Positions 14,078-27,319 of a stretch of 64,000 bases of DNA are shown in pieces. The notes beneath the pieces are model-generated. The model did not search any database. It saw only the letters and a program-made list of their open reading frames with translations, and was not told the DNA's origin. This DNA is from Proteromonas lacertae. Lineage: Eukaryota. Within the stretch, counting starts at the first letter, position 1, and the number at the start of each line of letters is the position of its first letter. The stretch spans positions 744,001-808,000 of the forward strand of contig NGBS01001160.1 of NCBI GenBank assembly GCA_002245135.1, in the 5' to 3' direction. The translations under genes and the position numbers were made by a program.

Positions 14078-15665
14078 CTATTCTACTGTTAATGATTTAC
14101 TTATACCTAAACCTATTGCATTAGCTGTGACTTTAAGAATACCACTTTTATCTATTTCAAATGTTATATCAACTTTTATTTCTCCCTTCTTTTTAGGTGG
14201 AATTCTATCAATTGTGAAATTCTTTAGAAGTGTATTATCTTTTGCCCTTTCACTTTCACCTTCAAATATATTAATATCCATAATTTCTTGATTATCATCA
14301 TATGTGGCAAACCTTCTGGTAGATTTGTATGGAACATTAGTAAATCGAGGAATCATAATTACAGCATCATTTTCGTTTTGATCAGTTGATAAACTATGAG
14401 CAGTTATATCATGCACAACAATATTACTGAATAGCATATTACTAGCAACAATTGCAGCTCCTTGAGCTACAACCTCATCTCCATTTAGATTGCTATATAT
14501 TTTTGTACCAAGGAAAATGTTGTTGTATTAACTCTGTTACTTTTGGTATTTTTGAACTACCTCCAACAAGAACCACTCCTGTTAAGCTTTTTCTATCTAT
14601 TTTTGCATCATCAAGTATTTTTTCAGTAATTGAAATTGTTTTTGTCAATAGATGAAGACATATATTCTCCATTTCTGCTCTTGTAATTAACGTATTTACA
14701 CCAGCATCGTCTAAAAATTCACAATTCATTGAAGCTTCAGTTCCACTAGACAATGCTATTTTTGCTTCTTCCTGCTGCTTTTTTAAGTAATATTCTTTTC
14801 CTAATATACTCTTCTTTATCTTGATACAAATCAATACCACTTTTTTCCTTATAATGCTTGATATATTCTTTAACAATTGCATTATCTATATCTTGACCAC
14901 CTAAGTGGTTATCACCTCCTGTTGCTTTTACTGTTATTGTAATCTCTGCATCTGCTTTGCCACTATCTCTTGTGATTGGTAAATTTGTTGTTTCTATATC
15001 TATCACTGATATATCAAATGTACCACCTCCAAAATCATAAATCAACAATCTTGAACTGGCATAAATCAGTCACACTTCTATTTTCATAACAGTATGCTAC
15101 AGCAGCTGCAGTTGGTTCATTTATTATTCTTAAAACTTTTAAGTTAGCCTTTTCAGCTGCTTCAATTGTCTTTTGCCTTTGACTATTTTTGAAGTAAGCT
15201 GGAACTGTTATTACTGCAGGTGTTTTATTATAATCTTTATTCGAACAAAATTTATCTGAGTTTGATTTTATTTTTTTTAATATTTCTGCTGAAACATCTT
15301 CTGGATAGACATTTATATCTTTGTTATTGTATTTAACATTCATTACTATTTTGTTACTACTATTACTTACCTTAAATGGCCAATTTTTAATATCATCAGG
15401 ATTTAATTCTGAAAATCTCTTACCTATCATCCTCTTCGAATCATATACAGTTGAATCATAGTGGACTTTTGAGATTATTCTTGGCTGCACTACCTACAAC
15501 TATTTCTTTTTTATCCTTATTATAATAGACATATGATGGTACAGTATTTACACTCATTTCAGTAGGAACAACATGCAAATCATAACTCTTAAGGGCATTT
15601 TGTTTGAATAATGCTGCGCATGAGTTTGTTGTACCTAAATCAATCCCAATAGGAGTTGTATTCAT
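14078..15665 (-). CDS. Divergent Hsp70-family protein lacking the C-terminal lid; four +1 frameshifts
   Basis: [59 protein letters not shown]. Confidence 0.9.
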
Positions 15666-15815
15666 ATTTTCTATCTACTGTAAATATGAATGAAAAACAA
15701 TCTATCAAGCTTTTAGGTTTGTTTTTTTTTTCATTTTTTAAACAAAACACAGACATATACAGTCTTATATAGTAAAATAACCATCAATTATTATTATATA
15801 AGAATCTTAAACTGA

Positions 15816-18506
15816 TTATTCAAGGTCAATTTGGGCATGTCCAGCTTCTACTTTAAATCCGTTACTGGATAATAATTTACTGAAAGTATCATTACCAGGA
15901 TTAACCTCAGCTTTAATGTGATGAACTTTTTCTGCTTTAGCAACAGCTAATAATTTCTTTAACATAATATCTTCTAAATTCTTTCCTGGTAAAGCTTGAA
16001 CTAAAACTGTAGCTTCATCAGAGAATGGTATTTTATATAATGTTGCATGAGCTTCAATCTTATCTTTAGATACAGCAACAAATGATAAATTAGATGCATA
16101 ATCAACATGACATACAGCAATCATTCTTTCATGGGATGTTCTTTGTTCTACTGTTAATTCAGTTCCTAAATAAGCTTTAACATCAGCAGCTGGTAATGCT
16201 TTTTCAAATTCAACCATAGCAGTTTCATCAGATTCTTTGATTGGTCTTAATTCATATTCACCACTGGTTGATATATAATCTCTTGGATAAGCTTTAATAG
16301 CACTTACTGAAGCTGGTGGTACATCTTTCTTCTGTAATACAACACGAGCATCTAATGCAGTAATAGCATCAGGTGTAGCGAATAATGGGTTAATATCTAA
16401 TTCTTTAATTTCTGGTATTTCAATAATTAATTCAGAGAATCTCACTAATATTTGTTCTAATTCTTCTATATCACATGGTTTCTTACCTCTGATACCTTTC
16501 AATGCTTTGCAGATCTTAGTTGATTCTATTGTCTTTCTAGCCAAGGATGTATTTAATGGTGGAATGGCCAATGCTCTATCTTTATATACTTCGACTAAAG
16601 TACCTCCTGTACCGAATACTACAACTGGTCCTAATTGATTATCAACATTAGCACCAACAATTAATTCATAACCATCACCTAAATCTAACATAGATTGTAC
16701 TGTAACACCTTGGAATCCAGCACTTAGGTTTAATTTATCTAAGTTATTCTTAATTGTGTTAAATGCATTTCTTACTTCATCTTCACTATTTAAATGTAAT
16801 TGTACACCACCTACATCACTCTTGTGTGTGATGGTTTCAGAGTTTAACTTTACTACAACTGGGAATCCTAATTCTTTAGCTGTTTTAGCTGCATCATCAG
16901 CAGTAGCAGCATATACAGTCTTTACTATTGGAATACCATAAGAGGCTAATAATTGTTTTGATTCATATTCTGTTAATAAATCTCTACCAGTTTCATATAC
17001 GTGTTTAATGATTTCTAAGGCTTTTGCTTTATCAGTCTTGAAGGTTGGAGCTTTTGGTTGGATATGTAATTCATTTTGCATCTTTACATATTTATATAAA
17101 TAATCGAATAATCTGCAAGCTGTATCTGGGAAATCTACATTGGGAATACCAGCCTTTCTTAAGATTGATCTACCTTTCTCTAAATTATCACCTCCCATCC
17201 ATGAAGCAATAACTGGCTTACCTGGAATATGTGCGAACTTAGCTAATTCTTCAGCTGAACCAGTTGGATCAGTGACTGATTGTGGTGTTAAGATAACTAA
17301 TACACCATTACTATTAGCATCACTACCAGCTACTTCTAATGATTTAGCATATGTGCTTGGTGGAGCATCTCCTAAAATATCAATTGGATTACCATGACTC
17401 CAAGCGGATGGTAAGAATGAATTGTATTTCTCTTTAGCTTCATCAGATAATTTAGTTAAAGCACCTCCATTAGTTACTACTGCATCAGTGGAGATAACAC
17501 CTGGACCACCAGCATTAGTAATAATTGAAAGATTTGGACCATTAGGACTTGGTTGTTTATCTAATATATTACATAAGTAGAACATCTCATCAATATTATC
17601 AACTCTAACTACACCTACACGTTCAAAGGCAGCAGTTAATACATCATCACTTCCTGTCATTGATCCAGTATGAGATGCAGCAGCAGCGGCAGCAGCTTGA
17701 GATCTACCTGGTTTAATAACAATAATTGGCTTATGTCTAGCAACTACTTTAGCAGCAGAGAAGAAGGATCTTGCATTACCAATACTTTCCATATAAATAA
17801 CAATACCATGAGTTTGAGGATCATTTCCTAAGTAATAGATTAAATCACCCCAATCAATATCTAACATAGAACCAATTGATACGAAGGCTGAAAAACCTGA
17901 ACCTTCTTTCATTGACCAATCTAAGACTGATGTCATCAATGCTCCTGATTGACTGATGAAACCTACATGACCTTTCAAACACATTGATTTGGCGAATGAA
18001 GCATTCAAACCTGTTACAGAACTCATTAAACCTAAACAGTTTGGTCCTACTACACGTAATTGATATTTTCTTGCGATTTCTAAGATTTTATTTTCTAATT
18101 CTTGACCTTCTGGACCAACTTCCTTAAAACCAGCAGAAATAATGATAACTCCCTTTACACCAGCTTTACCACAATCTTCAACTAATCCACAGACGGTTTT
18201 AGCTGGAGTACAGATAATAGCTAAATCAGTATGTTCTGGTACGTTCAATATTGATGGATAAGCTATTATACCTAAGATCTTCTTCTTTGTTGGATTTATT
18301 GGGAATACACCTCCTCCGAATGGACTGGAGATAAGGTTGGTTAAGATGGTACGACTGACAGCGTTTGGACGGTCTGTAGCACCTATCAAAGCAACATTGT
18401 TTGGTTTGAAGAGTGGGTCAAGACCAGTTCCAATTACTGGAATTTTTGTTACTTGTTCACCATTAATAACTGGTAAACCGTATTGATTCCATTCAATTGA
18501 GCTCAT
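15816..18506 (-). CDS. ADP-forming acetate-CoA ligase family protein (CoA-binding + ligase + ATP-grasp) with degenerate GNAT-like C-terminus
   Basis: Intronless 896 aa; [50 protein letters not shown]. Confidence 0.92.
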   Translation of the reverse strand: MSSIEWNQYGLPVINGEQVTKIPVIGTGLDPLFKPNNVALIGATDRPNAVSRTILTNLISSPFGGGVFPINPTKKKILGIIAYPSILNVPEHTDLAIICTPAKTVCGLVEDCGKAGVKGVIIISAGFKEVGPEGQELENKILEIARKYQLRVVGPNCLGLMSSVTGLNASFAKSMCLKGHVGFISQSGALMTSVLDWSMKEGSGFSAFVSIGSMLDIDWGDLIYYLGNDPQTHGIVIYMESIGNARSFFSAAKVVARHKPIIVIKPGRSQAAAAAAASHTGSMTGSDDVLTAAFERVGVVRVDNIDEMFYLCNILDKQPSPNGPNLSIITNAGGPGVISTDAVVTNGGALTKLSDEAKEKYNSFLPSAWSHGNPIDILGDAPPSTYAKSLEVAGSDANSNGVLVILTPQSVTDPTGSAEELAKFAHIPGKPVIASWMGGDNLEKGRSILRKAGIPNVDFPDTACRLFDYLYKYVKMQNELHIQPKAPTFKTDKAKALEIIKHVYETGRDLLTEYESKQLLASYGIPIVKTVYAATADDAAKTAKELGFPVVVKLNSETITHKSDVGGVQLHLNSEDEVRNAFNTIKNNLDKLNLSAGFQGVTVQSMLDLGDGYELIVGANVDNQLGPVVVFGTGGTLVEVYKDRALAIPPLNTSLARKTIESTKICKALKGIRGKKPCDIEELEQILVRFSELIIEIPEIKELDINPLFATPDAITALDARVVLQKKDVPPASVSAIKAYPRDYISTSGEYELRPIKESDETAMVEFEKALPAADVKAYLGTELTVEQRTSHERMIAVCHVDYASNLSFVAVSKDKIEAHATLYKIPFSDEATVLVQALPGKNLEDIMLKKLLAVAKAEKVHHIKAEVNPGNDTFSKLLSSNGFKVEAGHAQIDLE

Positions 18507-18824
18507 TTGGTTTAATGAAGTCGGTTCTATTAAAAATTAGAATAAACTCAAAGATATAGATGAAAAGCAATTAGACAAAAACAAATAAACTTGTACAAGT
18601 GAGTTTACAGCAAGATATATCATACATTTCAATAATTGTGGATCTTTCGATTCGAATCTTCCAAATGATTTGATAATGGATGTAGGTTTGATTCTGGTTT
18701 GACATCAGTTTTTTTTTATAACTGAACATTGTTATAGAGATGATATGGCTAAATAAATACCCAACACACCAACACTACAACAACATCAAGGTTTATAATA
18801 ATGATTTATATATTTAAAATTAAT

Positions 18825-21800
18825 TTATTCAGTACTAAATGTCTCTGTTCCTGTTATAAATTTTTCACTTTTTTCTTCGTCATTCAAACTTGTCACCATT
18901 CCTGGTGTATTAATGTTATTCCCCACATTATTATTAGTATGACTTGCAGCACTATTGCTTGTACTACTTTGTCCAGTAATTGATGTAGTATGTTGAGATA
19001 TTTTCTCTCCATGCAGTGGCTGTTGAATCTGTATCACCTGTTGTTGCTGCTGCAGTTGTTGTTGTTGTTGCATTGGGGATGTAGCACTTGGAGTTGTAGT
19101 ATTTGTTCTAGGTGTTGATATAATTCCTGGCTGAGGTATGATTTGAGCTGGTTGAGAGGATATATTCATATTTGCAGTAGATAATTGATTTCTATTACAT
19201 ATACTACCATTTCCTACACCAACTATACTTTTACTATTGATTATATTGGTATTACTACTTTTAGTAATGTCAACTTCTTTATTTTCTGTTTCTTCTAGTG
19301 ATTTCTTCATACTTTCAACAACACCATGTAAAACTGCTGGAGTTAGACTTTCGAAATACTTTAATATTTTATTTGACTTTTCAATCATTGGTATATATTT
19401 ACTTCGTTTGAATTGATCAATATAATTATGTTTATGTAAATACTGTAAAGCTTCTAATAAACTTTCATCATATAAACTATTATCTAATTCACTATTATCC
19501 AAATTCTTTTTAATTGTATTTCTTGTTTCTTCTGATAATGCTATTGGATTAGGAGAGTCATCCATAATAAAATTATGATATATTTTCTTCAACAATTCTG
19601 ATGAACGACTTGGATCTGTTATATTTCTATATTGAAACACATGTTCAACAAAATCAGTGTAATAATTAAGATTATATTCTTTCAAAAACATATCGAAATG
19701 AACCATATATATATGATCTAACAGCAATTTACTGAATCTTTCTAATTCTTTTGTATTTGTGATTCTTGTATCACTTGCTACTTTTGAATTACGTTTTGGA
19801 TCACTGTATATTTTTACTACAACCAATGATGAAAGTGATAAGATAATGTAAATATAATCAAATATAAAGAGTAAATTATCAATGACAGTCTGACTTTCAT
19901 CATTAAAGGCAATGAATAAAATAGAAAATATTAAACTTTTACAACATATTGCTACTATTTGGAACATCAATAAAAATATTTCGGTACTTTTTTCAATACT
20001 CCATAATTTTACATTCAATAGCAAACCAAATGCTATTATTATATACTCTGCTATAAAAAATGAAATGGTAAAATCTGATAATCCACAATAATGATATCTA
20101 TATGTTTTACCATTATCAACAAACGTGTTTGTTTCTCCACTAGGTGGTTCAGTTAATATCCATAATATTAACAAAGAAATCATTACTATGATTATTGAAC
20201 AGATATTTCTCCATATTACTTTCATATCGATTGTTTCATTATTAATTGATTTTATCTTCACAAATGTTGTAGTGAATAGTGATAAATACACTAAAGTGTC
20301 TCCTATTATATCCAACAATATATAACCACCACATAGGAAATTGCTCCTTTCACCAAATAGGAAAAGTAATGACAATAGTAAGAAGAATAAAGCAAAGTAA
20401 AACAGTGTATATATACTACAAAAGTCTTTATTACTGAATATTCTATTTAAAAAATAATAAATAAATACAATTTTATAAAATAGTATACGTTTCTTTTGAA
20501 TATATAACATAAACCAAAAACACTATAACCACTATCATCAATATTAATACAATAATCAAATGAATAATTCCAATAGTCTGTGATACAGAGATTGCATCAT
20601 CTGCTTCTAATATTTCCCAAGACCATTTCGCTGGATAAACTGCACCACAACTACATGATTCAAAACTAGTCTCTAAACATTGAACATTTTCATTACATTC
20701 ACTTAAAGTAGATGGATATACAAACTTCATTTCAAGTGTATTATTCATTCCAGTTCTTTGGATTTGTCCTACAATATACTGTTTCTTATAATTAACACCA
20801 TTTTCTTTATTGATTAAAATATCACCGAAGAATGTATTCCATGGTTTACATATTACATCTTTACCACAATCAGAATCTAATGAACATTTTTTATTCTCAT
20901 TATTACTACAGACACCTAAATAATGAATTGCATTTACTAACATCTCTCCTTGTTCGTATATATCTGAATCATTATATATTGATTCAATCATTGATAATCC
21001 TTTTTCTATTGTGATTCCTACTGCACTTCCAAATGCAACATCTTCAATATAATCTATTACAAAATAAATAATATAAAATAAATTATTATTATTATTATAT
21101 ACTATCCATTATTACATCACCATATGGATGAGTTGCTGGATTTAAATACTTTGGCATATATGTTGTATTGACAGTATTATACCATTCTAAAGATGTCCCT
21201 AAATATTCACCTGATTCACCACTGTTCATTATTCTACTATATAATACACCAGTATGCCAGAATGTTGGGTATAAATTATATTTATCATCATATGTCAACG
21301 AACTTTGTATTACGGATGATGCAAATTTGGGAGACCAACCTGTTAATCTCATACTATCTACAAAAGTTAAAAACATTGATTTATCACATAGTAATATCAC
21401 ACCATCTGGATTTTGAGATTTGAAAAATTCTACCCAATTGTAAATGTATAATTCTTTATCTAACGATGAAGCATAATCCTATATATATAATAGAATAAAA
21501 ATAATAGAATAAATACATTTTGTATTTGTGGTATTTTACATATTTCATCACTATTACAATCATTATCACTTTCACAGTTTTTACCATCAAATAAATTAAC
21601 AGTACTTGAACATTTCTTACCTAAAAGTGTAATACCTCTACTTTTTATTATCTTCGAAATATAATCCGCTGTTTTGTATAAATAGTCATCTGTAGTTCCA
21701 GCTCCAGCAATAACTACTGAATTTAGATCTAAATAATGAATAAATAAATATAGATATTAATATACTGTATCTGTTAGTTAATATATTTACAAAACTATTA

Positions 21801-22407
21801 GCGTTATAATTATATGATGGTAATATTGATATTGAGTTGGTTATTGTTATTGACAATTGTTCGGATGTAAACGAGAATATTGGAATATAGACATTATTTT
21901 GATGAAATAAACTAAGTATTGGATTAGTATATTTTGCACCACTTGGAGTAATTAAAGCTCTTGGTAATTCTGAAGGATCTCTTGTTAAAATTGAATTGTA
22001 ATACTTCTGAGATACAGAGATAAATTCTAATGCTGATCTCATTGTCACTAATGGAACTGCTACTACGATAGAAACATTCATTTTCTGTGAACAGGTAGAA
22101 TCTACACACATTCCACCTTTCTTATTCACTTCGTCTCTCCAAGCTAATAATCCAAGTAGCATATGTTGTGCTATTTGATAAACATATATATAAAATCATT
22201 ATATACACTGTGCAGCTGTATGAGTAACATCGTAAAAATCAACAAATCCTTCTATCCTAAACAGATCTTCATAAATGTCTGAATCATCAGAATCAGGATA
22301 ATATTCATATTCTTGAGTTATTTGACAAATACACTAACATATTATATAAATGTATATACCATAGATATTAAAAGACATAGTAAGAATGTATGAATATAAT
22401 ATTTCAT
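18825..22407 (-). CDS. Periplasmic-binding-like ectodomain + class-C-like 7TM + RGS domain protein
   Basis: Signal peptide at 22407; GLLAWRDEVNKKGG (type-1 PBP-like); about 7 hydrophobic helices; RGS-like KKIYHNFI..SP; six short GT-AG introns link the ORFs. Confidence 0.72.
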
Positions 22408-22519
22408 TATAACTAATCTAATACACCTCTCAGAAAAGAAAAAACGAAAATAAAAAGGTTTGATAGTTTGTGGAATATATTCGTTTCATTTGTTGATTTT
22501 TCTAGAAATTAAAGAAAAA

Positions 22520-23317
22520 ATGTCGATTTCTGATCAAATTAAAAACTTACAAGATGGTATACAGTATTTGCCTTATAATATAGATATCAAAGAACTCGAA
22601 GAGTTAGCCAAAAGTGCAGTTAGACCAACAGTCAAGTCAATTTTACAGACACAGGTTACTACTATGCGTGCTCAAATCTCTGATGTATTTTTTAGCCTAT
22701 TATGAATAGCTTGAGAAAATAGATCAGCAAAATAAACCAAAATCTGTAGTTCAAAGCAAAGTAAAACCACAAGTCGAAGATTTAGGTATAAATTTGTGTT
22801 ATATCGTAATAGGAATAAAATTCATCCCGATTTCCTCATTTAGCTGGGATCAAAATGATAAATCAGTGAGCATTTACATTACAGATGATATTAATGGAAT
22901 ACAGGACTTAAATTCAGAATTAATAAATGTAAAGTTTGACCAAAGAGAGTTTGATTTAACAATCGAGAATCTAAAAGGTAGAAACTTGAGATTACACAGA
23001 AGTATAAGCCAATAATATTTATCTATATTCCTATAGCCAATTTATGCAAAGCTATTTTACCAAGTAAATCATCATTCAAGGTAAAGAAAGATATGATTAT
23101 AATAAAGATGATAAAAGAAGAAAAAGAAACTTGGGATGATTTATTAGAGAAGAAAAAGACATTTTCAGAACCAAAAACTGATCCTAAAGACCCAGGTGCT
23201 GGTTTAATGGATTTAATGAAGACTATGTATGAAGAAGGTGATCCAGAGATGAAAAGAACTATTGCTAAAGCATGGACTGAAAGTCAAGAAAAGAAACAGA
23301 AAGAAGGAACAGCTTAA
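22520..23317 (+). CDS. CACYBP: Calcyclin-binding protein (CS + SGS domains)
   Basis: FSWDQNDKSVSIYI and DPGAGLMDLMKTMYEEGDPEMKRTIAKAWTES. Confidence 0.9.
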
Positions 23318-23418
23318 TATTTTTAATTATTGTTTTTGTTATTTTTCACATTCTTTCTTTTTTTGTTGTTTTTAAAATCTTTCATAATAAAAGAATATAT
23401 ATATAAGTTTAATGAAAA

Positions 23419-25029
23419 TTACTGGTTTTCTACATTTTTCAAATTCTTAATCCACACTCCAAAATCCACACTATTTATTAGATTCTTTATCAGTGGACTT
23501 TCTCCTGGATAAGGATAAGCCACTTCACTTTCTGTTATTTCCTGCATATATTGAATCATCTCAATATTATTCTTTATTATATTCTTTCTAGTTATTCTAT
23601 AATAATATGCATTTCTTATATTATCAGAGAGATTCTTCTCATTCAATTCTCTTTCATCATCTTCTAGTTCAGTTGTAAAGAAACTATCTTTACATTTTTC
23701 TAAGAAGAATACACAATATCTCAAAACTTGTTTTTCATGTTCCATATTAAATATTTTCATTTTTAACATACTCATTTCCATCATTTGATCTAATATATTT
23801 TCATCAGCTGTTAATATTCTACATACCAACACCAATAAAAAGTTCATATCATTTAATGATAATACAATATCCTATACATAATAATAATAATAATATATAT
23901 ATATATATATATACAGGTGATTTACTGAAGTATTGATAATCAAATACTTTTCTTCTCTTTTCATAAAGTTCATCATCTGGATAGAGATTGAACTAATTCA
24001 TAATAGTAACAATATTATTATATATATATATACTTTAATACTCATTCTTTCCCATTCATTGTTAACTATACAAAATCCATATTCTTTTAATAAAAATAAA
24101 TTATCTCTCTTACCATAACTATTCAAAGCTTCTTCACCTTTCTTATAGTGATTTGTTCCGCTTGGAAATAATCTGAATTTATCATTTTCATTCACATTAT
24201 AATCATATTTAGTCTATAATAATAAAATATATTTTATATAATTATTATACAGCTACATTTCCGTGATTTAAGCAATCTGCTAGTGGAACTAAAGCAACCC
24301 AATCTAACCTTCTACCAAAACATCTGGCTGACATTGTATGATAACTCCATCTAAATAAATCAAATGTATAATATCTTAAATTAAATATATCTGGATAATA
24401 AAACGGCAGTCCTATCTCTCTGTCAAATATTCTATCATAGGCTTGATGTAAACTCATCCAAAATGATGATATATGTTTTGGCACAGCATCGTCTTGTAAT
24501 TCTTTTACTTCTTCTTCTGTCCAATTTAAAAATGTTCCTGGTGGTGGTAATATGGCTATATATGGATAGAAGAAAGAATCTTCTCCTTTTATGTATTGCA
24601 TCATTAAATACACAAAAAGCATCTATATAATGGTATTTTTAGAGTATAATATACTTCACATCCTATTTTATTAAATAATTCAGGATGATCTTTGAAAATA
24701 TAACCTTCTTCGCTTTCTAGAATTGTAGGTGGACATATCATGCATTTTCTTGGAATTTCACACATATTTTCATTTGTCTAGCCATGTATATGAAAAATGA
24801 AAATACAGCTATATCTTCAATTGCTAAAGTACCTCTTAATCCAGATTCAAATGTATGTGGCCATTTGATTTTATCAAATTTTGCACCATTATCTTTCAAC
24901 CACTATATTTGATTGAATTAAAATACCTTAATAAATCTATCAGAGTTTTCCATTTGAATCATATTCTGTATTAGTCCAAGGATTTCTAACAAATATCTCT
25001 TTTTCTTCTCGTTCTGATGTTTTATTCAT
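23419..25029 (-). CDS. SET-domain lysine methyltransferase, Rubisco-LSMT/SETD3-like
   Basis: GLRGTLA, SFFYPYIAILP, ALVPLADCLNH, GEEALNSYG..N..LL..YGF. Confidence 0.85.
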
Positions 25030-25133
25030 AAATTATAAAATCAATTTTGAAATGAAATAGGTGTTTCTGAATTTTGAGAAACCTCAATATTTCAAAATTA
25101 TTTTTCTAGAGATAAAGATTGAATAGAAGCAAA

Positions 25134-26066
25134 ATGAATGGAATAATAGATTCATTGAGGTATAAATAATTTATTAGTAATAATTAATAGGAAAACAGGA
25201 ACTGATTTGTATTTGGGATTGTTTATGTTGCCTAAAACATTTAGAACTGCTGCTTTTACATTAGTATAAATGCTAATATATGTAATAGTTATATTTTAAT
25301 AATGAAACTGCTAAAGTGAAAGATTTATGTAAACAAAATGTTGCTGCAGGACAGTTAAGATTTCAGTGGTGGAGAGAAATGATTAATGATTTATATGAAG
25401 GAAGAATAAGAACTGATCATCCAATATGTCCTTATTTAAATGCTTGTATTCATGCCATACTCTTTAAATCAATTATATTTTGAGAAAATTTTAGAAGCTA
25501 GAGTATAATAAATGTTTTAATTATTATAATAGGAAAGTGATTTAATCATACAAGTACCTAGAAACTTAAAAGTATTAGAAGAATATGGTGAAAATACTTA
25601 TTCAAATTTCATATATTTATTACTTCAAATTCTCTCCTTAGAAAATGATATTTATTACGAATCAGCTAGTCATTTTGGTCAAGCGCTTAGTTTGATGACA
25701 TTATTAAGAGGTACATACCATCATTTACAATTACAATGCCATTATTTTCCAACAGATTTATGTGAAAAGCATGGTGTAAGAAATAATCATATATTTATTG
25801 GTAAAAATGAAGAAGGAATAAAATTAGTGACTAGAGATATGGCTGAATGTATAGAAAATCATATGAATAAAGCAACAAAGAGATCTAAAGAATTTTCTAA
25901 ACTTTATAAATCACTTTTGTTAATTGACACTTCATCACTCTCATGGATTAAGAAATTAAAGAAATTAGATTATAATATATATGATCCAAATTTATATTAT
26001 CCAACTAATGAGTTAGTGTTAGAAATGCAGTTAATGAAAAGAAAATTAATGTTAAATTTCTCGTAA
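25134..26066 (+). CDS. NDUFAF6: Complex I assembly factor NDUFAF6-like (squalene/phytoene synthase fold)
   Basis: FNNETAKVKD, GQLRFQWWRE, HPI, LEEYGENT, ASHFGQA; three introns; +1 shift at 25454-25457. Confidence 0.8.
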
Positions 26067-26149
26067 ATGTATTTGTTTTAATTCCCATATACAATATGAA
26101 ATTCAAGTAAAAAAAAAATAAAAAACATAATAACAATCACAATATGTTA

Positions 26150-27145
26150 CTACAATAACCTATAATAAAACGAAAAATATACCAACAAAATCCACCACTT
26201 TTCTTCTTTGGTTCAGGAGGTTTGGGTTGATCAGCTGGACCAGATGAAGGCATTGGTGGTTTAATAGATGAATCAACTGGTTGTGGAGATAATACGTTAT
26301 TCTCTTTTATTGGATCAACTATTGAATTATCAGATATATCGTTTGAAGTTTGATTTACTGAATCATTTCTATTTAATAATTATAATATATATAAATACAA
26401 ATATTTTTCAATGATATATTTATTTAATTCAACTGATGATGGATTATCTTCTAAAGCAACATTATTTCTCAATGTAAATAAATAAAACTCTCTATAACAA
26501 TCAAAAAACATCTCAGAAGAGTTGTTCTTTTTAATACCATCAAGATGACTATTAAAATAATTATTGATTATATATATATATACTAGTCATAAAAATGATG
26601 AAATAATCTAACTAATCTTCTTGATATTTCAGTGTATATTTTACTAAAATTATCACTGTAAGATCCATCTATTTGTATATAAATAGATAATTATGATACC
26701 TGTTGGAAATATTGACTTATTCTCTAGTTTCTCTTGAATGTAAGTCATTAAGTTAGAAATGTATAAATGAGCAGTTACTTTTGATACTACATTTGTTTTC
26801 TCATCCTTCCAAGCATATTCTCCTCTACAGAATGATATAAAATAAATACCTTGTTGTTTTCATTACTGGACAGGATTCATCTGTACAGAGACCAAGCACA
26901 TGATTCATAAATGTACATAATTGGTTGTAAACGTATATTACTACAATAACTACACAAAATTATACATTTTGCTGAATAAAACTCGTTTTGATTAACAGAT
27001 TTAGGAACATCAGCTGATTCTATATATTTCTTACTAAATATTATTTAAATAACAGAATATACGACTGAACTAACTCATCTATCTTCAAAATAAGTTCGTT
27101 TCTCATGCATTTATCTGAAATATCTATTCTCTTAAAAGAACTCAT
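26150..27145 (-). CDS. MOB kinase-activator family protein with C-terminal extension
   Basis: Spliced translation gives CTDESCPVM, EYAWKD, AHLYI..LM, IFP, ISRRLVRLFHHFY..H; absent from the ORF track because exons are tiny. Confidence 0.75.
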
Positions 27146-27319
27146 ATTAAAAAAATTAATTTATGGTTCAATTAATAGCTACAAAGATTTAATAAATTTT
27201 TGAAATTACATAAATTGACATGTCATATGTTTTTTTCAATTCTATTTTGACTTGATTTTCTTTTTTTACACAAACAAAATAATATAAAAAATAAATAACA
27301 TTTAAATTATATTTATAAA

